This document shows positions 38,357-52,560 of a stretch of DNA of 64,000 nt, piece by piece. This stretch comes from Octopus sinensis (taxonomy: Eukaryota), in the NCBI RefSeq assembly GCF_006345805.1, contig NC_043004.1, positions 14,508,001 through 14,572,000 of the forward strand, given 5' to 3'. The position numbers and the translations under genes are program-made. Within the stretch, counting starts at the first letter, position 1, and each line of letters begins with the position of its first letter. The notes beneath the pieces are model-generated. The model saw nothing but the letters and a program-made list of their open reading frames with translations. It was not told where the DNA came from and did not search any database.

Positions 38357-38532
38357 GGTGCAGGAGTGGCTGTGTGGTAAGTAGGTTGCTTATCAACCAC
38401 ATGGTTATGGGTCCATATACACTGCGTGGCACCTTGGGACAGTGTCTTCTAATATAGCCTCGAGCCGACCAAAGCCTTGTGAGTGGATTTGGTAGACGGA
38501 AACTGAAAGAAGCTCGTCGTATATATGTATGG

Positions 38533-38576
<44 letters not shown>

Positions 38577-38770
38577 CTGTGTTTGTCCCCCCACCATCAC
38601 TTGACAACCTATGGTGGTGTGTTAACTTCCCCATAACTTAGCGGTTTGGCAAAAGAAACCTATAGAATAAGTACTAGGCTTCCAAAGAATAAGTCATGGG
38701 GTCGATTTGCTCAACTAAATTCGGTGCTCCAGCATCGCCGCAGTCAAATGACTGAAACAAGTAAAAGAGT
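38357..38770 (+). mobile_element. SINE family A, full length
   Basis: GGAGTGGCTGTGTGGTAAG head to CAGTCAAATGACTGAAACAAGTAAAAGAGT tail. Confidence 0.88.
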
Positions 38771-39609
38771 ATATATATACACGCGAAAAAATGCAAATGT
38801 TCACGTACATAAAAATACTCGCATATGCATATAAAATATCTTTATAAGCACAGAATTCATCAAAGAAACTTAATATTGTAAAGTTACGTGTATACAATTG
38901 CTGTGTTAAATAGAAGTAACATTGGGCACATGTCCTTCTTTCGCTTGTTTCTGTTCTGTTCTATCGGAAACAGGATAGAACGAATCTTCTTTCGGAGTGT
39001 TTCATGTTTTGTTTTCGTTCCCCATCGAAGACGCACCCAGCTTATTTCCCGATTAGTCCTATAGATCTGCGTTATCATGCATTTGTGGTTTTGGCTAGCA
39101 CCGTGAAGAAAGCATAGATCAATCTGCGCGTTTGAGTTTCTGAAGCAGAGTCGTGCATTAGGCTAAATCTCTGCACAACACAGCATAAATGAAAAGAAAT
39201 AAAATGTATTTAAACATTATATATAACCTCAGATTGAGTTAAATCACAATAAGAATGGAAATACATTGCTTCCACAGAGTTAATGAGCGGGAAAATTTTG
39301 AAAGACCTGTCTTACGGATTCACATTTTGCTGACCGCTTTGAAGGAAGACATACTCAGCTTCCTACACCACAGGGAATCAGATTCGTACGTATATATGAG
39401 TGGTGAGAGAGCTGTGACGTGGCCCGCTAGGGCCACATCCCGTTCGCTTTTTCCCACACATGAGCACTATGGAAAAATGCATTTACTTTCATATTTAACC
39501 AAGAATGCTGTTGTAGATTATACATGTCCGTGCATGCATATATAGATATGAATATATATGTAGGTGTGTGTATATATATATATATACCTACATATATATA
39601 AATACATAC

Positions 39610-39677
<68 letters not shown>

Positions 39678-41059
39678 GACACATATCTATAAATACATAT
39701 CCGTCTATTAAATTCTGCTTCCATATTTCAGATGTAAGACAATAGCAATCATCTTACCAAGTATTTATGAATAAATACTTTAATAATTTTTGTGTGCTGC
39801 TCTCTTATATCATCTGATATAATAGATAGTGAAGATATTATGTCAATAAACTATGGATATATTTTAAGAGTAATAATGTGTTTTCAGCTAATATTTCCGA
39901 TGTTTATTTTATATTTTTTGAAATTAAATCCCAAATATGTGCATAATATATAATTTACCTTAAGATTCCGTATTTTTTTATTGAGGAACAAAGGCACCAT
40001 TCGTTGCATTACAACTACAAATGGTTTCAATTTCCTTCTGATGAAGAGTAATTTATACAAATCTATTGTAATAACGTTTCATCTCCTCATGTACACAGGA
40101 TAAATGTTAATTTTATTAAAATATACTGACTGACTATATCAATAATTTTAGAGCCCATTTTACTATTGCCTTTTGAGCATAAGTTTAGCTGGATATTTCC
40201 TTATGTATTCTTATGTGGATTTCTCATACGCATAAATATATGCATATATGTGTACTATAAATTATCTAGATGTATAAAATTAACATTTGATTGAATTCGA
40301 TATACAAATTATTTCATAATTCACCGAACAGTATTAATGAACATTATAGCAGCATATTTTTGTTAAAATAAGGTTTCTATTTGATTTATTACGATTTCAG
40401 GTTTCATATTTGCATATCTCTAAAATCTTTTGGTGTTTTTCCACGGAAGCTGAAAGGTTTTAAAGAGTCTCGTTACGGTAACGCTGGCATAAATTTATAA
40501 TATATTCAGAAGTTACATGTATTTTACTTGAATCTAAAACATTAGAAAATAATTCTTTAAAAAATTTCGCTATCTTTTATTATGTGAAGTTATACACATG
40601 TACCAGCATAATACTTACAGAGGCATTATGGATAGGCATAAGTGATACATTTTGTGATCCTCATCTGATATCCTATATGACGAGAATTGTGAAAATTAAT
40701 TTTCGTAATGTGATTGATAAAATAGAATTTGCTTATATGTTCAAATCCTAGAACTCTGTACCATATTATACAGAATATATCACATTACATTTAGTCATGA
40801 TGTGTTTGCAATGACGTTCGCGATGTCGCACACGTACTACTTCTATGACTGCTACAGAGTATAAATACACACACTCATACACACATACATACATGCATAA
40901 TTACATACATGCCGACAGACAAACATAATACATGTATATACAAACGGGTGTGTGTATGTAAACATACTGAAAAGTTTAGACAAAGCGGGAACTGAGACTA
41001 TATTTAAAATTGTACACTAATAAGCTTGTTCATTCAAATAGAATTGTCAGTTCAGAAAA

Positions 41060-41430
41060 GGAATGGCTCGCTTGAAAACAAGAAGAATGCTTCCGGATGG
41101 CTTTTGGGAGGGGAGACAACGAAAGGGTTCAAATAGGTTGAAAAGGCATGACAGAAAGGAAGGCTCGTTTCAGAGATACAACGTAGAAGAGAGGGAGGAG
41201 ATGGTAAGAAATGTCACATTGATACGAAGAGGGAAGGGGAAGTAGAAAGATTCAAAGATATAAAGATAAGTGGATGCGAGCATTGAAAGTGAGATTTGTA
41301 AATGAAGAAAAATGATCCAGCTGTTAATGGTAGATAGAGAAAGCAATGTAATTATAGAAGAATGGGAAGATTGAATTGTAAACAGAGATACTGGGATAGA
41401 TGGGAAGGTAGGTAGATAAGTTATCGCAAA
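41060..41430 (-). mobile_element. Highly decayed Neptune-type PLE fragment (RT thumb region)
   Basis: Purine-skewed plus strand. The minus strand gives remnants resembling STISNTSVSFLDI and PSTSHLFP..PL.SFKRA of the 7523-8644 ORF (TTCAAGCGAGCC vs TTCAAACGAGCC). Confidence 0.4.
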
Positions 41431-41820
41431 TTATTAAGTGGGAATCGTAATGTGCCATTTAAAGCCAGGAAACGGGGAAGAAATCGGACTCACCATTAAA
41501 GCAGTCAGTTAAGGACAAAAATACTTACGCATACATACACATATATATCTTTTATCTTTTACTTGTTTCAGTCATTAGATTGCGGCCATACTGGGGCACC
41601 GCCTTGAACAATTTGCTTTTAATCGAACGAAGCAACCTCAGTACTTATTTTTTGTTTGTTAAGCGCTCTCGGATTTTTGAGGTTATCGTCACTATCTATA
41701 TTCAAATTTGCTATATGGATTAAGTTTTTGTATACTAAATATGAATATGAGATTCATTTCCCCCATAAATTCATAATTAAAAAGTTATTAGCCTTTAAAA
41801 TGTTCAAAATTTGGATATTT

Positions 41821-41956
41821 TAGCCAATCAGAAGTGATTATTTTACACAGCACCGAGAAATTTTGCTAGCATAGTAAGCGAAGAAGCACCACGTGTTCCA
41901 TAGCTGTTTGCAAAGAACTCTGTTTCCATAGTAACCAAAGATTTTGCGCATGCGCA
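41821..41956. promoter_or_regulatory. Promoter-like motif cluster: NF-Y CCAAT, E-box, RFX X-box, NRF1 palindrome
   Basis: AGCCAATCAG (CCAAT 41824-41828), CACGTG (41890-41895), GTTTCCATAGTAAC (41922-41935), TGCGCATGCGCA (41945-41956). Confidence 0.45.
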
Positions 41957-42317
41957 CAAGGAGTGTAACCACCAAATTGGGTTTAATCAACAAATTGAGA
42001 GTAGTAAAGATTGTTTACCAACATAACATGGCAGTCCTGGTTTAGGACTAATGATTGCTGTAATTTAGCCCCGGGAGACACCGTCTCAAGCTGGCTATAC
42101 GACACGATCTCACGGTATGAGATTTAAAGATAGTAATTTTCTAAATTGAAAGCACCTGAGCATCTTTAAAACGTGGAAACAAACGCCGATGTGGGACACG
42201 CTGTTACATGGTTGACTCTTATCTTTGGGAATTTACATGGAGAAGGTGAATTATTCTATAAAACCCTAGAGTGTATAGCAAACTTTCGTTCTTGAATTTT
42301 TAAAGAAACAAATGTCA

Positions 42318-42522
42318 ATTTTAAGCAATGTTTGACTGTTATTCCTAGCAACTCCTGCTGATTTACTCGTAGCTTTTAAATATTTACTTTACTCGCGAAT
42401 GTTTTAAACTTTTTCGCTGTTTTCACTGTTTGCTTTGCTCGTGCATATTTTAATGTTTTGACTGTTATTTCTAGCAACTCCTGTTGGGTGGCTCATAGCT
42501 TTCAAATATTTCATTTGCTCGC
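42318..42522. repeat. Two-copy imperfect direct repeat of about 75-80 bp
   Basis: ATGTTT(T)GACTGTTATT(C/T)CTAGCAACTCCTG...AAATATTT...CTCGCG at about 42328 and 42454. Confidence 0.75.
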
Positions 42523-43065
42523 GCCGCCGATGTGAACTTTGCCTTTCATCCTTTCGGGATTGATAAATTAAGTACCAGTTGCGTACTGGGGTCAATCTAA
42601 TGGACTAGCCCCCTCCGTAAAAGTTTCGGGATTTGTGCCTAGAGTAGAAAAGAATATTTTCCCTTGTTTACTGTAGCTAGTTTAGTGTCCACACCTTTCT
42701 CGCTACTCTGACAGATGATGGAAGAGGCAGCGAACGCGTTGTTTTCTGATTGGCTGAAAATTCTGAAAAAATATCAAATTTTGAAAACCTGTAACATTTT
42801 CGCAAATTTTTTAATGGAATAAATTAATAACAAATCGGATTCAACGTCAAAAATTACATCTATATCATACATCAATTTTTTTTAAGCTTTGGCATGCAGT
42901 GACGATAACCACAAAAAGCCACGGTCTCTTTGGCAGATCCGCTAAGTTGTGGGGACATAAACACACCAAAACTAGTTTTCAAGCGTTGGAGATGCGACAA
43001 ACACAGACACAAAGCCGCGCGCACACACACACACGCACAGAGACACATATACATGTATACTTGTA

Positions 43066-43112
<47 letters not shown>

Positions 43113-43254
43113 GTGTGAGTTTGTGTACATACCGAAGATATTCTTGTTGCTTATTTTGATTATAATCACCCCATGGATTTATATAGATAACACCGTACAA
43201 AATTCTGGTGCATCTAACTTTAGTACCATATTCATTTGAATCTAAATATATATG

Positions 43255-43306
<52 letters not shown>

Positions 43307-44157
43307 GGGAAGCAAGCCTCTTACCACACAGCCACGCTGGGTGAAATATTTACAAAATCCGATTTCTGCTTTACATGGAAACGTTACGGTAGAGTTTACA
43401 CATCTATTATGCACGGCACTTACTATATAATATAAACTTGATACATTATAGCAAGCTAGAATGTCCTATTGTTGTACATCGGTTGCAACATGTACAATGT
43501 ATTGTATTGCTTACTCTAATTGCTTAGGCCTTACAGACAGGGAAAAATTTTCTAACTGTTCAAATTTTAGAATCTGTATTCGAAATTTTAAACGTTATAC
43601 CATTTTATTTTCTTCATTTATTTCATTCATTCTCTGACAGCATGAGCCTTGCGGTATTCTGTTATAATTATCGAAATACTCTCTGCTATATAGAATTTAT
43701 ATGCATTCGCGTTTCAGGGGTTATTTCGCAAGATTGCAAGATACTAAAACTTCACTATGAATGAATTTCATTATGATATATATATTATTGAATATAGATA
43801 TGTATAGTGATTTACTGAATATTAAAAGACTTATCTGCATATTTATATTATAATCAGTTCCGAACGATGATCATGTTTATTACTCTGGGTAATTTACCCA
43901 GCAAGACAAGTAAAATGATTTTGCTTATCATGGTATATATTTATATGCATAGAGAAATATATAGGTAAATGAAGACATAAAAAAGGTGAATTAGGAAGGA
44001 AAATGATCGATAAACGCATGAAGAGAGACGTTTTGGGGTGAATAGAAAAACCTCTATTTAAGACTCAATGGAAAAATTTATGGAGAAAACGAAAAGGAAA
44101 AAAAAAAGATTGGGAAACGAATGAAAATACATGATTTCATAAATATATATATATATT

Positions 44158-44189
<32 letters not shown>

Positions 44190-44324
44190 CACACATATAT
44201 ATGCATATATATATATACATATGTATATATAAATGTATATATGTATATAAACATATATAAGTATATATTTGTATAAATACATGTATGTATGCATGTATGT
44301 ATATATTTATTTATTTATTTATTG

Positions 44325-44361
<37 letters not shown>

Positions 44362-44362
44362 T

Positions 44363-44418
<56 letters not shown>

Positions 44419-44935
44419 TTGCAAGTATATACGCACATATTCTTTCCTTCTGTATTTCATATAAGATCATTGATTCTTTTAGGCGCATTCGTAAATTGTG
44501 CATTGTATGTTGTTCACATCAATAATGCATTGAGATCTCTTTTTTGGATACATTCTTTGTAAACACAATACGAAATTGAATAAGTTGTATTGATCACGTT
44601 CTTGTATTCTGTCACAGACATTTGTTATAAAAATGTTTTCTCAACATATTGTTTTCTCAACATTCATTGTTAAAGATAAATATTGAAGATTCGAACTAAA
44701 TTTTGTATATATTTTTCGTTGTCATTTTGAAAAACATGCAATACAAATGCATATTTAATGTGGTGGTGTAAAATGTTCCAATTGTTGGTACCTCTATCTA
44801 TTTGCGTTTTGGCAAAACGAGAACAATCGATGTGTTGCTACGTTATACAAATAGATGAGATGAATTTTACTTTTAAAATCTTATACACTCATAAAACTGA
44901 AGCATACACCATACCATTGTGTGTGCGTGTATGTG

Positions 44936-44987
<52 letters not shown>

Positions 44988-45104
44988 TATATAACTACAC
45001 ACATACAGACTATGCCATATGTGTTAGGGTGTGTGAATGTGTATACCTGCAACGTGTGTGCGCGTATGCGTCTGTATGTATGTATGTATGATGTATGGTA
45101 TGTA

Positions 45105-45139
<35 letters not shown>

Positions 45140-45293
45140 GGCGATGAATATAGATACAAAATAACAAATGCTTTTAAAAATACAATTTCATACGAATGTA
45201 AATGTATGTATATAACAATGTGTATATATGTATTTGTGTATGTATGTATGTATGTATGTATGTATGTATGTATGTATGTATGTATGTATGTAG

Positions 45294-45324
<31 letters not shown>

Positions 45325-45518
45325 GTATATGTATATATATATATATATTTATATATATATTCTATAATTATAAACATAATTATAATTAGGGGTCAGCTAA
45401 TTGCTTCACCACATACCGAATTTAAAAATAGGAGTTAAAGATTCCTTTTCTACCACTGTAAGAATCTTCACCACAGTAACACACGTTTTTACGAACGCAA
45501 AGTGAAAATTTGAAATGA

Positions 45519-45560
<42 letters not shown>

Positions 45561-45562
45561 TA

Positions 45563-46475
45563 TCGATCACCCCTCCAGATCTCTCACCACCACCGCCTTT
45601 TTTAAACCTACGGATTCCCACCTCTATCTCAACTTCTCTTCCTCCCACCCCTTCCACACCAAACGAGCCATCCCCTACTCCCAGTTCCTCCGCCTCCGAC
45701 GTTTGTGCAGCCGCGACCAGATTTCGAGACCCAATCTCAATACCTGGCCCGCATGTTCAGACTCCGAGGTTACCCACCATACTCCTCTCTGATGCCCTCA
45801 CCCGCGCCCGTCGCATCGACCCACTACCCGCCCTGTCTCCTTCCCCCCGCCCACCCCCCAACCCGCACCCCCCTTCACCCTCCTTTTCCACCCTCTAACC
45901 TACCCCTTCGTCGCAAGATACTACGTGCCTTCCGTCGCCTCCAGCTTGATCCCACCACACCCGCCCCATTTTCCCTAACCTACCCCGTCCTCTTTCAAAC
46001 GAGCCCGCATCTGCGTGACTCCTGGTCCACAGCCACCCTCTCTCATACCCCCTCAGCCCCACACGGATCATTCCCTTGCTCTAGATCCCGCTGCAAACAC
46101 TTGCCCCTTCATCACCAACACCACCGCCGCTGTCACCGGCTCCAACCTGCACACTGTACGCATTAGCACTCTTTTACGTGCACCTCGTCTGGCCTTATTT
46201 ACTGCATTAAATGCAACCTAGCGGGATGCTGTAGTAGGACAGACGGGACGCGGTTGTTGTCCGACCGTTTCACTGAGCACTTAAGGGGACGTTCGCCTAC
46301 ACTCTCTTTCTCCCGTCGCACGCCACTTCCGCTCGGCCGGCCATTCCTAGATGACATCTCAGTGTGGTCTCGCCCCCCACCAAGGTCGCCCACTTTCCAG
46401 GCTCCACTTGGAGCAACGCTACATCTTCACCCTACAACACCACCCCACACGGACTTAACACAGCCCCCTCCTCTT
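45563..46475 (+). mobile_element. Neptune-type PLE fragment (RT thumb + GIY-YIG), heavily frameshifted
   Basis: Co-linear with 7740-8640 (FKPTDSH, SSSHP, IPYSQFLRLRR, FPCSRSRC, GQTGR..DRFTEH) with many single-base indels. Confidence 0.85.
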
Positions 46476-46499
46476 GAGATTGTTTTTTTTTTTTTTTTT

Positions 46500-49200
46500 T
46501 TTTTGGGCACACCACCCACACAAACCCACCCACCTGCCTCCCACAACGCACACACCCACCCACCTACCTCCCACACCAAACCCAACCACCTACCTCCCAC
46601 ACGCCTGTTCACACACACACATACGTTAACCCATCTACGTACATACATTCACACATTTAATCACACACACTTACAGACATACTAGCACACACTAACATAC
46701 AAACCAACATGCACATACACACACACATACATACATACGCACACACATACATACTTACACACACAACACAGACATACATACACACATACACACACACATA
46801 CATACGCACATACATACACACACACTCACACACACACACACCGCACGTACATACTTCACACACACACATGCCAACATACATGTAGGCACATACATACATA
46901 CATGCCCACCACATGCACACCCTTACACTGAATGCACACACACATACACCTTTTTGCATCCAGGCAGCCCCCCCTCTTTTCTGCTTTCCGGTTTTGGCTG
47001 ATGGATCCTCGGTTCCCGCGTAGCGGGGCGTTCGAGGGCCTTTGCGCTCGCGCGCCTTGGCGCGCGCTAGGGGCTTGGTCGGCCCTTGGGCTTGCGTTGT
47101 ACTGCTTGTGCGTTGTGTGCGTGAGCGCGCTTTGTGCGTGTGGGATTGCTTCGGATGTGCGCGTACGTATGTATGCATACATACCCACACACTCGCATGC
47201 ATCCCTACCCACATACATACACGCACACCTACTCACACACACACTACACACACATACCTGCACACACACACACATACATACATACACATACATACCTACT
47301 TCAGACATACACACACACAGACATACCACCCATACACTCACACTCACACGCATACACACACAACATACACACGCACACGTACACATACACACACACACAC
47401 ACACCTACATACATACATTACACTTGTATACACACCACACTTACATTCATACACACACATACCTACACAGCCATACCCTCACTCCAGACACACACATCTA
47501 CCTACACACCACACAAACACACACGGACACACACCTACATACATACATCTACCACACACAAGCCTACACACATACATAACACATACAAAAACACACACAC
47601 ATACACATATACACACATACGCACACACACATATACTTATACACATGCACACACACACACATACATACATACACCCATATACATACATACCACACCTACC
47701 CACATACTCCTATACGCACATACTATACACAAAGACATACACACTTACACACTCACCAAACATACACACACACATACTTACACACACACTCACCTGCACG
47801 CGCACACACATGCATGACAAACACCCATACACTCACACTCACATACGCACACACCAACATAAACACGCACACGCACACACACACCTACACTCCCACACAT
47901 ACACACGACCTACATACACACATGCACGCATACACACGCATACACACATACATTACACACGTACACACACACCCACATACACAGCATACACACACACACA
48001 CAAAATGCACGGACACACCCAGACATACACACATACACCTATATACACACGCCCACACACCTACATACACACACATATACACACGCCACACACCTACATA
48101 CACACAACATACATACACACACATACGCGGACACACCCACACATACTTACATACATACACTATACACACACGCCTAACACCTACATACACACACATGCAT
48201 ACACCACAACACACATGTACGCACATACACACACATATACGCCACATACATATATACCCACACACATGCACACACACACACACTTACGCCATGCATGCAT
48301 GCATGCACACGCGCACACCTACACGCATACACACACACACACGCACGTACACATACATACATACACACACGCATACATACACCCATACACAACATGCATC
48401 CGACACACACATACATACACACTCACACATACATACACACACACTCACTCACACACCTGTATGTACGCGCACACACATGCACATACACACACCTTCCCCA
48501 CACCCACACGTACATACATACACACTCACACACATACACACACACACACACACACGGACATACATCTATGCACACACATACATACACACATACTCACATA
48601 CATTCATCGGACACACTGCCACCAGAAATACACACGACACACTCACACATCCACACACATACATACTTACGCGCATACTCGCAGGCACGCGCACATACGC
48701 ACTTGCGCCGGCTCGCGCTGCATACGCGCCGCATACACCTCGCTCTGGACCTGACGAGACCTCCCGCCCGTTCCTGGGACCGTCGCGTGTCGTTGGGTTT
48801 CCCACGCCTGTCTCCGCGGTACCACTCTTCCATCTTCCCCTCAGCTGGAGTCTTTTTCCTTAACACCCCCCTTTTTTCGTTACACACACGCGCACACATA
48901 TACACACCTTGCCTATATATATACATCACTCTTACACACATCAATCTACTCGCCATTAATACCACCACGACACTGGACACACACCACACACTACTACTCA
49001 CCACACGCTGGCACGCTACATACGCCCCCACCCTCCCCTCCTCCCTTCCTCCTTTCCTCTTTTTCTTACTACTGACCTCCCTTCCTCCTTCCTTCTTTTT
49101 CTTACTACTGACCTTGTCTGCTAGCTGACCACTAGTCTCCGCCCTACCTCACACGCCTACACACAGACGCACACACTAACACACACATATTTTTTTGTTT
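46500..49200. repeat. Very long degenerate (CA)n/(CATA)n tract with GC-rich unstructured islands
   Basis: Direct reading. It produces the His/Thr-repeat ORFs (e.g. 47042-48754). Confidence 0.85.
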
Positions 49201-49431
49201 TTTCATCTCGCCTCACACACACACATACACAACGCACAAGCACCACACTCACACCATACACACACATCTGTGGGTTACCAACCTTGTCTCCACTCTTTTG
49301 CCTTTAAAAACCCACTTTGCTTTGTTATCGTCAACATCCGCCTTTCACCATGTGCAACTCGTAAACACCAGTCGTCTTTTTTCTCTTTCCCTGTTGCCCG
49401 CTCTGGGATCTTTCTTTCCTCTCTCTTCCTT

Positions 49432-49470
49432 CTATATTCCGACGAAGAGCTCCGCTCGAAACGTCATACC
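49432..49470 (+). ncRNA. Hammerhead-like motif (U4C core variant, GUC site) in a PLE pseudo-LTR (about 49300-49560)
   Basis: CCGACGA-A-GAGC-TCC-GCTC-GAAAC-GT-C|ATAC. Stem I is weak. Confidence 0.5.
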
Positions 49471-49939
49471 TCCCTGCTTCCATCTACTGAGCGCCTATTA
49501 ATAATAATACTGTAATTGTTCCTGTTGTTGTTGTTTTTTTGTTTCCCTTTTGGATTAAAAATATTATATATATATCTATATATATATATATATATATATA
49601 ATATATGTACACACGAAACAGGAGCTCACAGCACACGTGCGGAAAGAAAGAGAGTGAGTAAAAAGGAAGATTATGCGAAAGAGTCTACTAGACTGATAAC
49701 GTAAATTAAAATTCGTAAAATCTCATTATATTTCTTACGCAGCATTCTGTACGCATTCCTGGCTACCTGCATATTCAATGTTGTGATTCTGCAGTATATA
49801 AAACGCAGGTGAAGGAAATCCGAGCACATGTCAATGAAAAAGTCAGTTTCTATTTGCACTGACTAAAATAAAAGACGTCTCTGTGTCTCTTTGCTTTCAT
49901 ATACATATATGTTATATACAAAACGCACATATATAATTA

Positions 49940-49996
<57 letters not shown>

Positions 49997-50048
49997 TATT
50001 TATGTATAGACATGAAATGTATGTATGTGTGTATGGAAGTATGTGTAT

Positions 50049-50120
<72 letters not shown>

Positions 50121-50520
50121 ATTTATATCATATATATACATATATAGTTACTACACACGTATATATTCGTTTATTCCTTTCAGTCATTTGACTGCGGCCT
50201 GCTGAAGCAGCACCTTTAGTCGAACGCATCGACCCGATATCTTTTACGTTGTAAGCCTAATACTTATTATATCGGTCACTGTAGCCGAACCACTAAGTTT
50301 TGGGGTACCTAAACACACCAACATCGGTCGTCAAGAGATGATAGGGGTACAAACACAGAGACAAACACACACACACACACATACACACACACACACACAC
50401 ACACATACACACACACATACACACACACACACACATATATATTTTTTTTCCTCTCCTCCACCTCACTCTCTATTTTGTATCTGATCTAAATTAACTATTG
50501 TTTAACCATATTCTCGCATC

Positions 50521-50567
50521 GTCTCCGATGAAAGGATATAATAAATATCCTGGAAACAGCTGGAAGA
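50521..50567 (+). ncRNA. Hammerhead-like motif, damaged, of another pseudo-LTR family (about 50430-50640)
   Basis: GTCT-CCGATGA-A-AGGATA-TATAAA-TATCCT-G-GAA-ACAGCTGG-A-AGAC. Stems I and II are intact, with U4C and U16.1G changes. Confidence 0.55.
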
Positions 50568-50637
50568 CTTATCTATAAATGTTCTAAAATTTACACAGCC
50601 TCGGTTTGTTTTATCTCATTACCAAGAAAATGTGTTT

Positions 50638-50675
<38 letters not shown>

Positions 50676-51552
50676 GACGGACTTCTTTCAGTTTCCGTCT
50701 ACCAAATTCGCTCACAGGGCTTTGGTCTGCCCAAGTCAATTGTAGAAGACACTTGCCTAAGGTGACACGCTACTTACCACATAGCTACTTCTGCACTTTA
50801 TCTTTTGTGTTTTCCTGTTTTAGTTGTTTTACTCTATCGGTTGCATGCTTTGGCACCACCTTTAGTTTGAAAACATCGAACCTAGTAATTATGTTTTCAT
50901 GTACGTTACTATTTCTATTGGACACTTTTGCCGAACCACTAAGTAACAGGGACGTAGCCAACACTGCTTAGTGGATACAAATACATAGGTACACCACACG
51001 CACGCAAGCACACACTTACACACACCCACATCCACCCACCAACATTCACACGAGCCAACATTCACACAAGCACACATACAGACACACACACACGATGCGC
51101 TGTATTGACTTTTCGTCTACCATCTCCACCCAGAAGGTTATGGTTGGCCCACGACTATAGTACAAGATAGTTGACCAGGTTTCTATGCAGTGGGACTGAA
51201 CCCGGAACTATCTGCTTGAGAAGCAAGCCTTCTCATCGCACACACCTAGGCTTATACATACACATGTACATGCAGTCTCATACAGACACAGATATATATG
51301 GTAAGCCTAGTTTCATGCATTTATAATGAAAAGTAAATGCATATCTTCGCGAAATGAAAGAGGTATGCTATGTCTGATGAACTGCCCTCTTTATAACCTC
51401 CCACAAATATTGCGTAAATCCTCACAAGGTGTCATTTATGTGCCATATAGTTACAAACGTAGTGATACAGAAACAATTGTGATAGATAGTATACTAATGT
51501 ACTTTTCACGCTTCTAGTTTTTACATTTATAATAAAATATGCATATACTTGG

Positions 51553-51919
51553 CGCAGGTGTGGCTGTGTAGTAACAGGCTTGCTTCTCAACAACATGGTT
51601 CTGTGTTCAGTCTCACTGCGTGGAACCTTGAGCAGGTGTCTACTACTATAGCCTCGGGCCGACCAAAGCGTTGTGAGTGGATTTGGTAGACGGAAAATGA
51701 AAGAAGCATGTTCTTTTGTCTACCTCTTTACCTTCCTGAAGGTTTTCGGCAAAATTATACTAATGTGTCCATCTTTTTAATTAAATTTAATTCTATGTAT
51801 TTATGCAACTGAGGATTGCTCTGCATTCAAATTGATGTACTGGTTGCATTGTTCAATTACATGGAGTCGCTTGAAACGATCATACTGCATTACCTCAGGA
51901 TATTCTGTTTCTTATTTTG

Positions 51920-51984
<65 letters not shown>

Positions 51985-52560
51985 CACCTTAGATAATTTA
52001 GATTGGAATCATTTGCCAAACAATGGTTGGACATACATACACACACATATATGTGCCAGGGTGTTTACGTCCCAATAACTTAGCAGTTCGGCCAAACAGG
52101 CCGATACAATAAGTACTAGGCTTAGAAATAATAAGTTCTGGAGTCGACTTCTTCGACTAAAACCCTTTAAGGCGGCGCTACAGCATAGCCGCAGTCAAAT
52201 GACTTAAACGCGTAGATGTGTAGTAAGAAGTTTGCTTCTGTTATTCCGGGTTAAGTTCCATTGCTTGGGCAACTGTCTTCCAGTTATGACCGTGGGCCAA
52301 CCAAAGCCATGCATTTGTTTGACGGAAACTGAAGAAATCCCGTCTTGAATACGTATGTGTGTCTGTCTGTGTTTGTCTCCCACCAACGCTAGATATCCGG
52401 TGTTGGTGTGTTTCCAACCCAAGACTCAGTGGCTCGGCAAAAGTGGACATAGAATATGTACTAGAACTTAAAAAGAAAACAAAAATCCTTGGGGTTGAAA
52501 ATATTCTAAAATTCTTCAATGCGATGCTCCAGCATGACCGTAGTCTAATGTCTGGAACAT
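51553..52560. mobile_element. Cluster of SINE family A halves in both orientations
   Basis: 5' half (+) at 51553-51700, 3' half (+) at about 52050-52210, further fragments at 52210-52560. More fragments occur at 50170-50360, 50675-50780, 51100-51250 and 62450-62680. Confidence 0.7.

Noticed and set aside
46960-47200. GC-rich island as CpG island or foreign DNA
   Set aside because: Embedded in apparently noisy sequence, with no ORF or motif support.
47042-48863. Long ORFs (570 aa, 349 aa etc.) rich in His/Thr
   Set aside because: Translations of (CA)n/(CATA)n repeats, which lack stop codons by composition.
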